Shown: piece after piece, positions 25,290 through 38,454 of the stretch | How positions within the stretch are numbered: the stretch's first letter is position 1 | Layout of the letters: the number at the start of each line of letters is the position of its first letter | Assembly (NCBI GenBank): GCA_011109175.1 | Contig: RDEW01000023.1 | Location: forward strand, 531,225-595,224 | From: Dicyema japonicum | Taxonomy: Eukaryota; Animalia; Dicyemida | DNA: 64,000 nucleotides | Direction: 5' to 3' | Position numbers and translations under genes: made by a program | The notes under the pieces: model-generated | What the model was told of the DNA's origin: nothing | Database searches by the model: none | Seen by the model: the letters and a program-made list of their open reading frames with translations, nothing else

Positions 25290-25400
25290 ATTATTATTAA
25301 GGCACTTTCACGAAAGCCATAATGATTGTAGCCCCGCATGTGCAACACTCAAAGAAACAATATTTATAGTTAGTCTTTTCCATCTTCCTCTGTCGAATGC
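25290..25400 (-). mobile_element. RTE LINE 3' tail
   Basis: Matches 38459-38530. Confidence 0.7.
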
Positions 25401-25659
25401 GAGTGATCTCAATACTTTAGAATATCAAATCTACTTTAGAATATTAAAAGATCCTTCAGAACAAACTCAAAAAGCTTTGAACGTTAAAAATAATTCAATG
25501 GAAGAAAGTAAATCAATGGATGAAGAATTGCAGATGTCAAGTTTTTCTACTTAGAAACTATAATTAGAGCTTATTGGCAAGCAAAAAATCCATTTTAAAA
25601 GAATATGGAAACCTCATTAAATTTTATCGATGTTTATCTGATAACTGCACTTATACACA

Positions 25660-25872
25660 GAGCCATGTTAGCTCAGGCAGGACACACTTTATTTCAAAAC
25701 AGTTATTATAACTAATTGTAGATGGAGAGCTAAGGAATGCTCTTCACTTCTTTTTTTGGGTTATGTCTGGTTCCGCAGTGAAATGTTCACTGATGCGTGG
25801 AAACTTCCACCGAAATTTACAGTAGCGGGATTCGAAAAACTTGTCCATCAGGCCTCTTGCCCGGCACTCGTT
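25660..25872 (-). mobile_element. SINE family A copy with internal deletions
   Basis: Shared head, CAGTGAA...CACTG hairpin and tail. Confidence 0.75.
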
Positions 25873-26149
25873 TGTCTGATAGTGACTTTCAAAAATTAGA
25901 AATTTTCCACGTGTCGTCACTTTTTTTATTTATTTTCGATTTTAGAAGCATCTTACATTTGTAGGAAAAAATTCCAAAAATNCACTCGTTTGTCTGATAG
26001 TGACTTTCAAAAAGTAGAAATTTTCCACGTCCCGTCATTTTATTAATTTATTTTCAATTTTAGAAGCATCTTACATTTGTAAACAAAAATTCCAAAAATA
26101 AAATATCTAAAGTCAGCTCATATAATCATACTAACTAGCGTCGTGGCTT

Positions 26150-26585
26150 CTAACTAATGATCCTCGAAGTCTTCGATTTTAGGGTTGATGGGATTCAAAC
26201 TCGGATTATACGTTCATCCAACACTTCACTTGTTCAGAAGTGTGAGTTTCCAATGTCTCTTGAGTTCGTTATCACGTCTATACTCACAAAAGAGGGAAAA
26301 CAAAGGTCTCTCTCAGAGACCATTTCTGTTTCGTTCCAATCGCTCTTGAAACCTCTGGAGTGGTTGAGATATTGAGTAATGGAACCGTTGTCGATATCAA
26401 AGGCTCACAAAAGAGGGAAAACAAAGGTCTCTCTCAGAGACCATTTCTGTTTCGTTCCAATCGCTCTTGAAACCTCTGGAGTGATTGAGATATTGAGTAA
26501 TGGAACCGTTGTCGATATCACGGGCGTAATGCACCTGCGACAGGTACTGATTCGGAAATTGTTTAGGAATGCCATAGCATGTTGA
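26150..26585 (+). mobile_element. CRE-type RLE C-terminal fragment with a ~120-bp tandem duplication
   Basis: FCFVPIALETSGV resembles the F.P.A.ET.G motif of restriction-like endonucleases. Confidence 0.6.
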
Positions 26586-26658
26586 AGTGGTCATTTTCTT
26601 CTGGTAGCTAGAGATTTTTTTAAATTGATTAAAAATATTTGTCCAAAAACATCAAAAA

Positions 26659-26890
26659 TTATTTATTAATCTCAAAATTATTATCAATTGAAATATTAAT
26701 ATTCTTTTCTTTGATATATTTCTGTAAAAATAGAATAAATAAAAACCATAACACATTCCTGATATGTCTTGAATTTGTCTCCACAATCATCTTCGAATTC
26801 TCCTTTGAGGAATTTATCTCTCAGCCATACTTTAAAGCATTTTTCATATTCAGCTTTCATTCCATTGCAACGCGGATCGATGCTATCCAT
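26659..26890 (-). CDS. TRIAP1: TRIAP1/Mdm35 twin-CX9C mitochondrial lipid-transfer cofactor; two exons
   Basis: MDSIDPRC..MKAEYEKCF..W..DKFLKG..DDC...FKTYQECV; a 25-nt intron gives KYIKEKNI.. and a stop at 26659-26661. Confidence 0.9.
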
Positions 26891-27009
26891 ACACGAGAAT
26901 TACAACCTGTTTAGTAACTCTTTAGTATTTAAAAATTAATATTATTTTAATTAGTATTTTATTTAGTAAATTAAATTCTTTCTATAAGTTCACAAAAAAA
27001 TAGATTTGG

Positions 27010-28860
27010 TTTCCAGACGACAACTCCCCGACCTCAGCTTCCTCTGAAAGAAAGGCATATATATCTTACTTTCGGGCAATGTTGAGCTGAATCCAGGGCC
27101 TCAACTAACCATACTGCAACTGAACGTCAATGGAATAAGATGGAAAGTACTATAGCTACGGACATAACTAAAAAACAAAGTATCGATGTGACTGCCATCC
27201 AAGAAACCAGACTAATACCTTCTTCCATAACTCCTTTTTTCCCGGGATACAACTGTATCCGCTTGGATCGGTTAAACTGAATTGGCGGAGGTCTCCTGCT
27301 CATTATCAAAAACAGTTTGCATTATACAGATACCACAGGTGAATTCAAGGCGACAATTCAATACGGCGTATCAGAACTCTGGATTTACCTTAAACACTAA
27401 ATTTGGAATAACCATCATTGCCCTTATTAGAACAATTCTCTGCCTTGTCTATTCTTAACAACCCGAAGACCCACACTAGGATCCCATATAAGGATAACGA
27501 ACGTTTTACCTCTCCGGATCTTACACTATCCACGGCTAACTTATCTTCGGCCATCTCATGGTCAGTAGACTACGACCTTAATTCGGATCAAAATCCAATC
27601 ATCGTCAGGATTCAGAAAGCTTTTCCACACATGAACAAGACTATGTCCTTTTTCAAATACAAGAGGGCCAACTGGGAGAGATACGCCAATTTCACCGACA
27701 CAATAATACAAAATTTTGATGCTAAACTGTTCAAATCAATTGCTGGAGCAGTCAAGTGCTTAAACGAGGCGATCTATTGGGCAGAAAACTATTCCAAAAT
27801 GCACTTTCAAACGCTACGACGAAAATATGGATCGGAAGGTAAAAATTCTCATCAAAGAAAGGAACCTTCTAAAAAAGAATCTCCTTCCTATGTCTGATTA
27901 AGAAATCAAATCAAGAACCTCAGTGATGCTATCACTGAGAAGCTCAAAGCTTCACAAAGAAATAGATGGCAAAAACAAATCAAAATGCTTGAAAAAGAAA
28001 AATCTAACAACGCATGTAGAATCATCAAAAAATTCGGACCTTCCAAGCAGTGAACAAAAACAGAACAGAAAAATCAACATGAATTGAACAAACTTATGAA
28101 ATATTATGCTAAGATCTGCCACAAGAAATACTTGAGGATAAGTACGTATTTGACCCCCACAAGAGCAAAGAAATAAAGCTCACCTATTGCATAATTCACA
28201 CTGAAGTTGCGACGGAAATTGCCAATACAAAATCATGCACCAGTACCCAGTACCCTCTGTTCGAATCGGATAAAAGACTCGGAAACAGATCTATTGACTT
28301 ATATACTAACAATACCAAAATCTTTTTCACAAAGAACCCATAGATTTTGGGCATCACATTTGATATCCAAATGTGTTTTTCCCACATATTGAAAAGACCA
28401 TCGGGACCTGCCAGAGGAAAATTGGACTGATCAAATCGCTATTTGGAGGTCTAATAAAGAATCCTTTTCCACCCATTGGATCCTTATACAAATAATTCAT
28501 TGAACCGATCATTGCTTATGATATCCAAATGTGTTTTTCCCACATATTGAAAAGACCATCGGGACCTGCCAGAGGAAAATTGGACTGATCAAATCGCTAT
28601 TTGGAGGTCTAATAAAGAATCCTTTTCCACCCCTTGGATCCTTATACAAATAATTCATTGAACCGATCATTGCTTATGCCTGGGAATAAACGTCTCATGG
28701 ACGAACTGTCTGAAAAATTGAAGCCTGTCTACGCCAGGCGGATACGTCAATAAAATACATGGCAAAACTGGAAGAATTATCCATACACAAACTAACTAAT
28801 CACGTGATCCCAGCACTAATTCCTTTAATTAACTGTTGGTGATTTTGAGTTAAAAAATCT
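27010..28860 (+). mobile_element. Decayed, internally deleted APE-RT LINE with a 2A-like peptide
   Basis: ILLSGNVELNPGP followed by LQLNVNG, AIQETRL and TSPDLTL..SDQNP; RT C-terminal fragments and a tail similar to 19310-19385. Confidence 0.8.
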
Positions 28861-29099
28861 TCACAAAGGCCTCCATATATATTATTATTTCGCGAAATGG
28901 CTTTAGAAGATGAATGTATAATGTAGAATTGTTCAGAGGACCCCTTTAAATTTGGATGACTCTATTGCAACACTGCCAGCAAACCATCCCGCNCTGTTGG
29001 TGATTTTGAGTTAAAAAAATCTTCACAAAGGCCTTCATATATATTATTATTTCGCGAAATGGCTTTAGAAGATGAATGTATAATGTAGAATTGTTCAGA

Positions 29100-29430
29100 G
29101 GACCCCTTTAAATTTGGATGACTTTATTGCAACACTGCCAGCAAACCATCCCACCGGCTGTAGAGTATGCCTCTGTTGCGTGGAGATTCGCGCTATCAGA
29201 GATTATGCTTCACATAATCAACTCAATTTACCGAACAACCATTCGTATGCTGGGCACTCATACTGAATCATCAGTCAATCCCATACTCACAAAAGCTACG
29301 ATCCATAATCGTGGATTCGAATTCCTCAGCGTCATAAAGATGGAATGCCTTTCGTCTGTTTCCAAGGCAAAAGAAAACCGATTGGCCCATAAAGTTCTCA
29401 TCTCCAATCAGATTCCTCTTCAGGAATAAA
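29100..29430 (+). mobile_element. Non-LTR RT C-terminal relic
   Basis: IPPAVEYASVAW resembles the (R/P)..LEYA..VW thumb motif. Confidence 0.5.
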
Positions 29431-30017
29431 AGAAGATACTTTCGTATGGTAGCGGAAATAATAGAAGACCACAGAAGTTGGGTAACAAGTTAATTGCGGA
29501 AATTGGAATTATGTCTGTCTCATGAGTCCTAGTTTAGCGCTTGGATTTTTTGTCAGTATTCTCCTCTTAATAGCTCTTCTCAAGTTCTGATATGAGTCAA
29601 GAATTAGATTTTTAATCTTCTTATAAACAACATCTCGTAGAAGGCCGACCAGACCATCCTCCTTTCCACTCAAAAACTCATCCAACCTTCACTAAAAGAC
29701 AAAATTAATTGCCGCCTTTTTTGTCTTTTCAAAGTATATTGAGAATTTCCAGAACTACGTGATCCCAACACGTTCCAGTAGTGGGCTCAGCTCGTCATGG
29801 CGATCGTCTCTTTAGCCCACATAGGCACATACTTCATGAAGGTTATGTGGAACGAGGCAATTGCTAAAAATTATTCAGCAATTTGTAAAAGGATTTGTCT
29901 AAAAAATTTAAATATGGAAAAGCTGGTGTCAAGCTATTGCGCAAATAATTTCTATTAAAAAAAATTAAATTAAATATTTAATTGTTGTTTATTTAATTAA
30001 ATAACCGCCAAACATTT

Positions 30018-31179
30018 ATGGAGTTGTTTGTTAAAAGTGAACGTCAACGTAATCAACGAGATAAACTATCATTTGTAATAATGATCTTAAATGTTAGATT
30101 AAAAACCGTTTTTACGTGCAAAAGAAGCTAGGAGAAGGTACATTATATTAATAAAAACAGGTACATATGGGATTGTCTACAAGGCATACGATCTTTTGCT
30201 TAACCAGGTCGTCGCAATCAAACAGTTCAGGATTCTCAATATTCACGACCCGGGAATTCACCCAACCACACTTAGAGAAATCAGCATTATGAGAGAAATT
30301 AGACATCCAAACATTATGGGGTATTGTTTTTCACGTAGTTCAGTTTTTCTGAAATTTTGACTGGTCCTCGAGGAATTTACCTTATCATGGAGTTTATGTA
30401 TGGGGGTGACTTGGCCCAGTTCATGAAAGCCCACAGAAGCAACCGTCAGCGAATTGATCCAGATGAAATTAAGGTTTTATCTGTTTTTATTCGCAGTCTT
30501 TAAGCTTTCAGATTCTACTTGGGCTGGACTATTGCCATTCACGTAGAATTATCCACCGGGACCTCAAACCACAGAACCTTTTAATGGACGGTCGCGGAAA
30601 TGTAAAAATAGGAGACTTTGGATTGGGTCGGGTAGTGGAAATCCCGATGGGAGTTTATACCCACGAGGTTGTGACTCTGTGGTACCGCCCTCCTGAGATA
30701 TTGCTCGGTGAAAAACGGTACTCGCTTGCATGTGACGTTTGGTCCGTTGGCTGTATAATTTCTGAAATGTTCTTGTTGTCAGTACTTTTTCAAGGAGATT
30801 CTGAAATTCATCAACTGTTTAAAATTTTTGAGTATTTGTGGTGATCATTTCGTAGAGTTTTGGGTACCCCATCGGAAATGATTTGGCCTGGGATTTGCAA
30901 GATGCCAGATTATTGTCAAAGTTTCCCTCGATGGCCGAAACGACAACTTGCTGGGGTATTGGACAAATTCGTAGACTCACCTGAGGCATTCGAGATGATT
31001 GATGTTTGTTTGAAAGTTATTCTTAGAGCATGCTGACTTATGATCCCTCACAAAGGATGAGTACTACAAGAGCTTTGGATTTACCATATTTTAATGATTT
31101 GGATAAGGAATCCTTTGATGGATTCGTTTATGCTAGAGATGTTTATAATGAGATGGTCAGGATTGTTTCTGGGATGTAA
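30018..31179 (+). CDS. CDK1/CDK2-like cyclin-dependent kinase; 7 exons
   Basis: [41 protein letters not shown]. Six introns of 23, 23, 23, 23, 24 and 23 nt restore a continuous ORF (first three at 30075-30097, 30138-30160, 30321-30343). Confidence 0.92.
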
Positions 31180-31589
31180 TTGTTTCTGTTTTTCTTTTTT
31201 AACTTATCATACTTCTATTTATTAATAAGAGGCTGTCTTTCAGATCGTGCCCTGGCGGACCATGGTAATTCAAAAAAATACGAACTGCTTACCAGAACGA
31301 CGACAAGGATTTTTATCTATCATGAAGGTTAAATAGATATTTCATGTAATAAAGTTACGTCAACCTTCAAGTCAATTTATTCAATTTGAAATTTTCAAAG
31401 AATCTTTTTCGACAATGACATTAATGAAGCAAAGTACACTGTTCAGATGTCTAGGCATGTGTTAAAATCCATTATGTATAAAGTTAGTGAAGGCTTATAA
31501 GTGGGTCGAAGTAGACCTTGCCGCTTTAAATATGTTGAAATACCATATACAGGAAAGAGTCTTTAATTTTTGAGTCTTTAACTTACCAG

Positions 31590-32100
31590 GATTTTCGACA
31601 GAGTGACGCGGCTAGCCTATAGGAAGCGGACCCTTCTTTGTTCTTCCTCGTTTGAGAATAGGGCAGAGGTGTGGTTGCTTCCACAAGGTTTTATCGATAG
31701 AGTGATTGTATATCCTCGCCAATGTAGTGATCCCCTAATCACCAGGATTCTTTAGTCGGATCATTGGGATTTCGTCCGGCCAGTTAGAGGAGATTGTTTT
31801 TACAAGCTTCAACACATACTCCAATCGTTTTCCGTAAAGTATATAGATTCCGGCTCCTTTTTCTGTTTACTGGGAGGTATGTGTGGTACTCTGACTTTTT
31901 ATGATTCTTGTGGGAAATTTTTACGTAAAATTAAGTCAGCTTTCTGGTTTTTATTTCCTCGTTTAAATCCATCATTCGGTGTTTATCCTACGTAGTTGAC
32001 CTAACAGCCCATATGAGTCGATTTCTTTCAGGAAGATGAAGACGAATTCAGGCGCGTCACCAGGGAGAGTATCTCTAGGAGGTAAGTGTCTAATTGACTT
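31590..32100 (-). mobile_element. Heavily deleted LINE relic (APE/RT junction)
   Basis: Minus-strand IRLKNPGD*GITTLARIYNHSIDKTLWK resembles the pre-RT region of 16804-18999. Confidence 0.45.
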
Positions 32101-32579
32101 TTTTGAGTTGCATTAGGTTGCCTCTGGGCGTTTCCATATGCTTATGGATAACGCAGGAGTGCTCTTAGCTAATTAACTAAATTTAACATTTTATAATCTG
32201 AGATAACTAAGGAGGAGTACCNNNNNNNNNNNNNNNNNNNNNNNNNNNNNNNNNNNNNNNNNNNNNNNNNNNNNNNNNNNNNNNNNNNNNNNNNNNNNNN
32301 NNNNNNNNNNNNNNNNNNNNNNNNNNNNNNNGGAGTGCTCTTAGCTAATTAACTAAATTTAACATTTTATAATCTGAGATGACTAAGGAGGAGTACCATA
32401 GAGACCCCTCGCGCCTGTTGAGGACAACAGAGATCTTTTAATTAGTTGGTTTAACTACTAATAAATAATTTTAGGACAGGACGTGAATACTTACATTCAA
32501 GATACGAAAGTCAAGTGTGGACTAGATGAGTTGCATAATGATTACCGAATCATCCTCTATCAACAGAATCTCACTACAA

Positions 32580-32830
32580 TTATTATTATTTAAGCACTTC
32601 ACGAGAGCCATGCTACTTATACCCCCGCATGTGCATCAAAAGAAACAATGTTAGATGTCATCCTTTTCCATGCTCCCCTGTTCCTAGCAAAGGCTCTCAT
32701 AGTGTCAAGGTCGTCGGGAGTTTTTAAATTTTTTTTAATATTAACCAGGTCTTTTTTGTAAAACTATTGGTAGGGTTGTTATAGGTCTTCCACGATAGCG
32801 GCCTTCTTGACTAACAATCTCACTACTATT
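32580..32830 (-). mobile_element. RTE LINE 3' end
   Basis: Near-identical to 38459-38680. Confidence 0.8.
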
Positions 32831-32907
32831 GAAATTCAATATACAAGTGTTATTGTGTGGACGACTGGATGATAGTCTCATCCATATGTGGGAACTTAAT
32901 TAGTATA

Positions 32908-33951
32908 CAGTAAACCCCCACTCATCCGAACTTCAATAATCCGAATTTTTTTGATAAGTCAGCGAAATTTTACTGTTTCCATACCAATAGGCTTCAATAA
33001 ACTGAAACTTTATAATCCTCAATCTGATAGACTTTACTAAAAATTTCGGATTATTTATTTGGTTTATATTCTACATTTAAATGAATTTACATTTTAAATT
33101 TGTATTTGATGAAAGCTTGAGTCCAATTATCTTGAATTTAGTAAAGTCTATACAAATTTAAAGTAAGATTTAATCTTAAACTAAAAGTTCTTGGAAAAGT
33201 TAGCACAAGATGAAATTAATTTTAATAGACTCTTAAAATAAAAGTTCTTATTGGAGAAGCTAACAGCTTAGCACAAGATGAAATTAATTGTAATAGACAA
33301 GATATGATTGATAAGTTAAAATAAATTGACCCTGAAGTATTTCTAAACATGGATGAAACTTGAATCTATGCTAATGCAACTGAAACAATAAAAATTAAAC
33401 TTATTGTCATTGGGCATAGCAATACCAAATTGTGTAAAAGATTTTGATTTTGAAAATTATTGTACTATGCAAAAAAAGGATGACAGCAGAACGTTTTAAT
33501 GTTTCATTAGCTATCCTATTGATGAATTAAAATTTTACGAAAAAAGTTTTTTACTATTTTGGATTATGTGGAAGCTCTTGATTTGAAAAAAAAATTTTTT
33601 GTGAATTTACGAAAAATCATCATTATGGTACAGGGGCAATTAAATGTCTTTATTAATTTGATAATGAAGATATCATGCAAGATTCTGTTTTAAATAACTA
33701 CTGGAAGAACTGGAAAAACTTGCTAATGAGAAATAACTCAGAAATGCCCGAACAGAACGAAATCGTTATTTTTTGTGAAGATTATAATGTCAACGAAAAA
33801 ACTATTAATGCTAAAAATGGAGAGATTATTATATATGAAAACATAAATATTAATTACAATGAAATTATTATATTTATTCCCCTCAATCCGACAACTTTCA
33901 CAATCCGAAAGACATCAAAATTTTTTTGTTCGGATTAATGAGGGTTTACTG
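32908..33951 (+). mobile_element. Tigger/pogo-like DNA transposon, non-autonomous relic
   Basis: ~24-bp imperfect TIRs CAGTAAACCC..ATCCGAAC at both ends, flanked by TA; internal FLNMDET and KIKLIVIG remnants of a DDE_1 transposase. Confidence 0.85.
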
Positions 33952-34059
33952 TATTTGACATTTTGTTCCTGTGATAATATTAATAATAATATGTTTTCCA
34001 TTTGTGTAACCAAATAAATTTACGTTGCATATTATACTTATTAAAATCAACGTCATAAA

Positions 34060-34310
34060 ATTCAGGTGCGGGAATAACGATTTCGTTTCCATACACTAAG
34101 GCTGACTCCTCCCCGTACGACAGGTGTACAAGCCGGCCAATTTATGACGCTCCCATCAAGCAAGTCTCCAAAATACAGTCCTTCCTTAACAATTTGAAGG
34201 CATTCGATATATCAAGCTTCAGGCCTAGGCATCGGGCTTGGCGATTATTCTCTCTGAAGAAACTCCTTGTTGCGTGCACAGTTGTTTCATTTGCAATTAC
34301 ATAAATTTTA
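34060..34310 (-). mobile_element. CRE-type RT fragment
   Basis: ETTVHATRSF..KLDISNAFKLLRKD resembles EAAVHA.R..KLDF.NAFN..RD. Confidence 0.6.
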
Positions 34311-34969
34311 TATTATAGCATCACGTTGTTCAATTGTGTAACTAAATAACTTCTACGTCGCATATTACACTTTTTATTAACACCAACGTCATTGCAGCAC
34401 AATAGTACAACACAGGTAGTTACACAAGAGTATTGTCAGCAAAAATCAATACTTAAATTTTTTTGTTAATCTCATTGCTGCTTGTTCACATGTCATCAAA
34501 GTCATTGACTACAAATATCCCGCCAATTAATATAAAACATGTAAGACTAATAATTTCTTAGAGTTGCCTGAGGATTAGCTTATTTAACAAAAAATATTGG
34601 AATTGAAACAGCTCGAACGCTTACCAATATGCTACCAGCCCTTATTGATTTCAAAACTAATTTATAATATTATTCTGACAGATTCTTTCAATTTTGGGCT
34701 AGACGAGAATCAAACACGTGATACGACACGCCTTCTTATCAGAACCTCGGGTTTCTAAAATCTCGTGAGTCGATCTTGTCCATGCTTACAAGAAAGAAGA
34801 TAAAGACTTTCAACTAAGTAGAAATTCCGTACAATGAGTTACATTACCACCTCAACCCCTTGGAGAATTTAACAACGTGGCTAAAACAATTAATAAACTT
34901 GATGAATATTTTTTAAATAAAACTTAATTAATTAAAACATAAATATATTTTAATCAAAAAATATTACTT

Positions 34970-36964
34970 TTAGAACACATAGCCCATTCCAAATTTTCTA
35001 CTATCACCCCATGCTTCGGAATTATCACCGTCATATCTCGCTCCATTAACAATGTTTATTGGTTCATGCGATAAATTTATTGTATACCCCATATTTTCAA
35101 GTTTTTTTAAAATATCTTGATTAAAATTATCTAAATTCATTTAAATAGAATGTCAACTTTCATAAATGATGTGTGGTTGGCTTAAAATGTGAATGCGAGC
35201 ATCTTCAATTGATTCTTTCAAACTCATTCCACGGAAAATTACGTTAATTAAAACATAAGCTACTCCTAAAATGAACTTCAAAAGCAAACCGGTGACTATT
35301 CTTGTCCCATTAGTCCCTCCAATACTCCACATTCCCCCAGTATCCTTATCCATAATAATAATGGGAGACATTGCAGACCGCGGTCTCCGTCCTGGTGATG
35401 GATAATTATTCTAATGAATAAATTTGAGAGCAACCGTCATATTGGGAATTTCAGTGGGAAAAGTGAAGTCATCCATTTGATCATTCAGAATTATCCCATC
35501 TTCGGTCATCAAAAACGATCCGAACCAACGGTTAATTGACCTGAATATAATAGTTCTATGGTACATGGTCATTGATACTGCCTGTCCTGTTTTGTCGACT
35601 ACGGAAATGTGAGATGTTCCAATAGTGTCATCATTAAAAGACATATCTGTTGATACAAAGCCTTCTTCGACTTGCCCCTGCATTACTGCGTTGTAAACTT
35701 TGTTAACAAATTGATCACTGCACATCATTATTATTTGAAACCTTAAAACCGTATTCAATTCTCTCTCAACTTCTGGTGAATTATCTCCAAATTTTTCTAC
35801 TCCTTTATAAACGTGGCGAAACGTCTAAAATGAGACTGATCAAACTTCTATGATTTTTCTGTATGTCTCGGCTCGCTTAAAATCCTCAGAATGAAAGTTA
35901 AACTTGTCAAGGACTTTTAAAACAACGAGAACAAAGCTTGAAATGCTTGGTGGAGGTACTGCATACAAATCCTTCCCTAAATTGATTGAGTGATAAAACC
36001 TCGAACGGATACGTGAATTGGGTCTTTGACATTTACTTCGTAGCTCTTTAGATCATTTAATGACATGATTCCCCCATGGCTTGCAACCTGAAAGGATAAT
36101 AAATTGATATACCGTTGATATTATGTTCTCAGCGAATACACCATTATAAAATGGGTCAATCCCTTCGGATGCTATTATACTCAACGTTTCTGACAATTTT
36201 TCTCGTTCCACCTCATCTTTCTCTTTCTTAAAACAGCAGTTGTTGCTTTCATATGTTGTATAAATGTTCGCAATGTTCTCATACCGTTTGAATTCCTCAT
36301 ATCTAATTTTTCTCATTGAGATGGCTACAAATGAACCATAACATATAACCCATGGAACGAGATATCCCGACTCCTTCACTGAGCTTAATTGCGTCATGAA
36401 AAAGCTTAATCCAAGGCAGCCTACATACGTAATGAATCAAATAAACTTTCCATATCGTTGATGTATCTCATATATTCCCTTCAGATATCCAGGAACTCCC
36501 ACAGATAATCCTCCCTATAATCTAAAAAAATACAGTGAACAATTTTGGACTGATTTCTGTTTTTGAAAATGTCAGGTTTGATTATCATAGGAGCTGTTTC
36601 TCTAGCATCAAACACCTTAACGTCTCCAGAACTATTTCGAACGACGATAAAAGCTCCTCTAACAATATTTAGACTATTAAACCCTCCAATTCCTGAACTC
36701 TGAGCATTAACAACCCCTATGCACAAGCTGATCGTAATGGCAGCGTCTACAGCAGATCCCCCTTCTTTTATAATGTTTTTTCCGTACACGGAACACACCG
36801 AGTCGCTACTACTAACAGATCCGTGCATCCTAGCTGACTTACAAATTAATTATTTTGATTACATTGTTCCGAATTAGGACAGTGTCAGTTATGAGTGCGA
36901 TAAAAACACACACAGCCATCGTTACAAGGAATATGACTATTAAGTGAAACTTGGTAATTATCAT
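34970..36964 (-). CDS. GGT: Gamma-glutamyltranspeptidase (type II membrane anchor), multi-exon
   Basis: N-terminal TM; GGSAVDAAI..CIGVVNAQSSGIGG; DARETAP; catalytic GTSHISVVD; NDQMDDF; RPRSAMSP; stop at 34970-34972. Confidence 0.92.
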
Positions 36965-38454
36965 TAAAATTATTCAAACTAAACACTCAGTAACAGTTTA
37001 ATTGATCGTTAGCGCTATTTTCTGATTTAAATAGATTGATTAACTTAAAATGCGTTTTGTGACGTGTTACCAATTAGCTAGGTATTTTTTTATATTTATT
37101 TTATTGAATCAAAATCACTTGGTTAAAAAAATAAGTGATCCATACAGACAAGATGAAGTTCGATACCAGAGAGGACGGGCATTATATACTGCTCTTTCAC
37201 TAGGCTGATGACAGCTAATATTTTGTTGGATTTTCGAGGTGGCTGTTTAGTAGGTTGGTTTTCTTTAGGAATCAATAGTCAAGAGTTCTAGCAAAAGCAC
37301 TTTAAGAGTCACAGACTCCGAATTAGGTCCCGCTGACTCAGTTGGTGGCTTCCTGCACTTTTGTAGGTCAATAGACTGCATATTATTTTTAAAATTAAAT
37401 TTATTGAATCAGAAAACATGTATGATGACAAGGAAATGAATTAATTAGATAAAATAATTACCGAGGGACCTACTAACGTGATTGCTGCAATTGATCCTCA
37501 AATAACGTATCCTTTTTTTTACGAGAATCCTCACCAGCCATCTACCTGAATTCCACTTCTTTTTAGGACTGTGGGTTCGCCGCTTCGCCAGTGTAGTGAG
37601 TTGCCCGCTCTTCTAGCGCCTCGACGACTATAGGATTTACTCAATTGGTGTCTTGACTCCACGTTTGTGCTCGACAATCATACTTTCTAATGTTTCTTTT
37701 ATTGGCATATCAATAGACAAAACTTTCAAATAATTTCTGTACCAAGTGGAGATAATCCCGTCCCATGTCAAAACCACTGGGATAATTCTCATAGGAATTC
37801 TCCAGCGCGTAAGTCAAACTTGTGTAGCTTTTCCACTTTTGTATGCTTGAGTACTTCTTGTGAACTGATTCTAACTTTGTAATTACAATCTCATTTTTCA
37901 TCTTGTAGACATGAATTACTATATTTATCGCTAATATATCAATTTATAATTCCAAATTTAGCACTAATACAAACTTGAAGGGGTCATTTTGCTTTTAGAT
38001 ATGGGAGATGGGAAGGTTTGGGGATAAGATCGAACTACCGGTAAATTTGTCGTTTAGTGAATTTTGATGACGATTTGAAACAGGCAGTATATAATAATAC
38101 CGCACTTTCGCAGGACCCAGGTCATGGCCTCCGCATCTGCAGTCAACAAGACAAAACTTTATTAAAAAGAGACCGTTAGCTAACTAACTAAGGGTTGTGA
38201 GGAGATTTATCCAAGGGAGATACCGAAATTCCAATTCCTCTTGTTAAATTCCTTTTTAGTTAACATGCAGATGTTAAAGTGAAATTCCAGAAACTTCCTT
38301 CGTGTTAACTTTCCAAACTTAACACGCCTTTTGTAGCGTGTGAGCCACGTCACCAGCTCAGCCTTTCTATATATCCAGATCTCAAAAACTAATTACTGCA
38401 ATCACCTTTGAATATGCTAACAAAGATTATCCCCTAATCCTTCATTTTTTAGAA

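Noticed and set aside
29520-29700. Minus-strand LRDVVYKKIK..LKRAIK, resembling a Tc1/mariner C-terminus
   Set aside because: Similarity is too weak, and no TIRs or DDE motif were seen.
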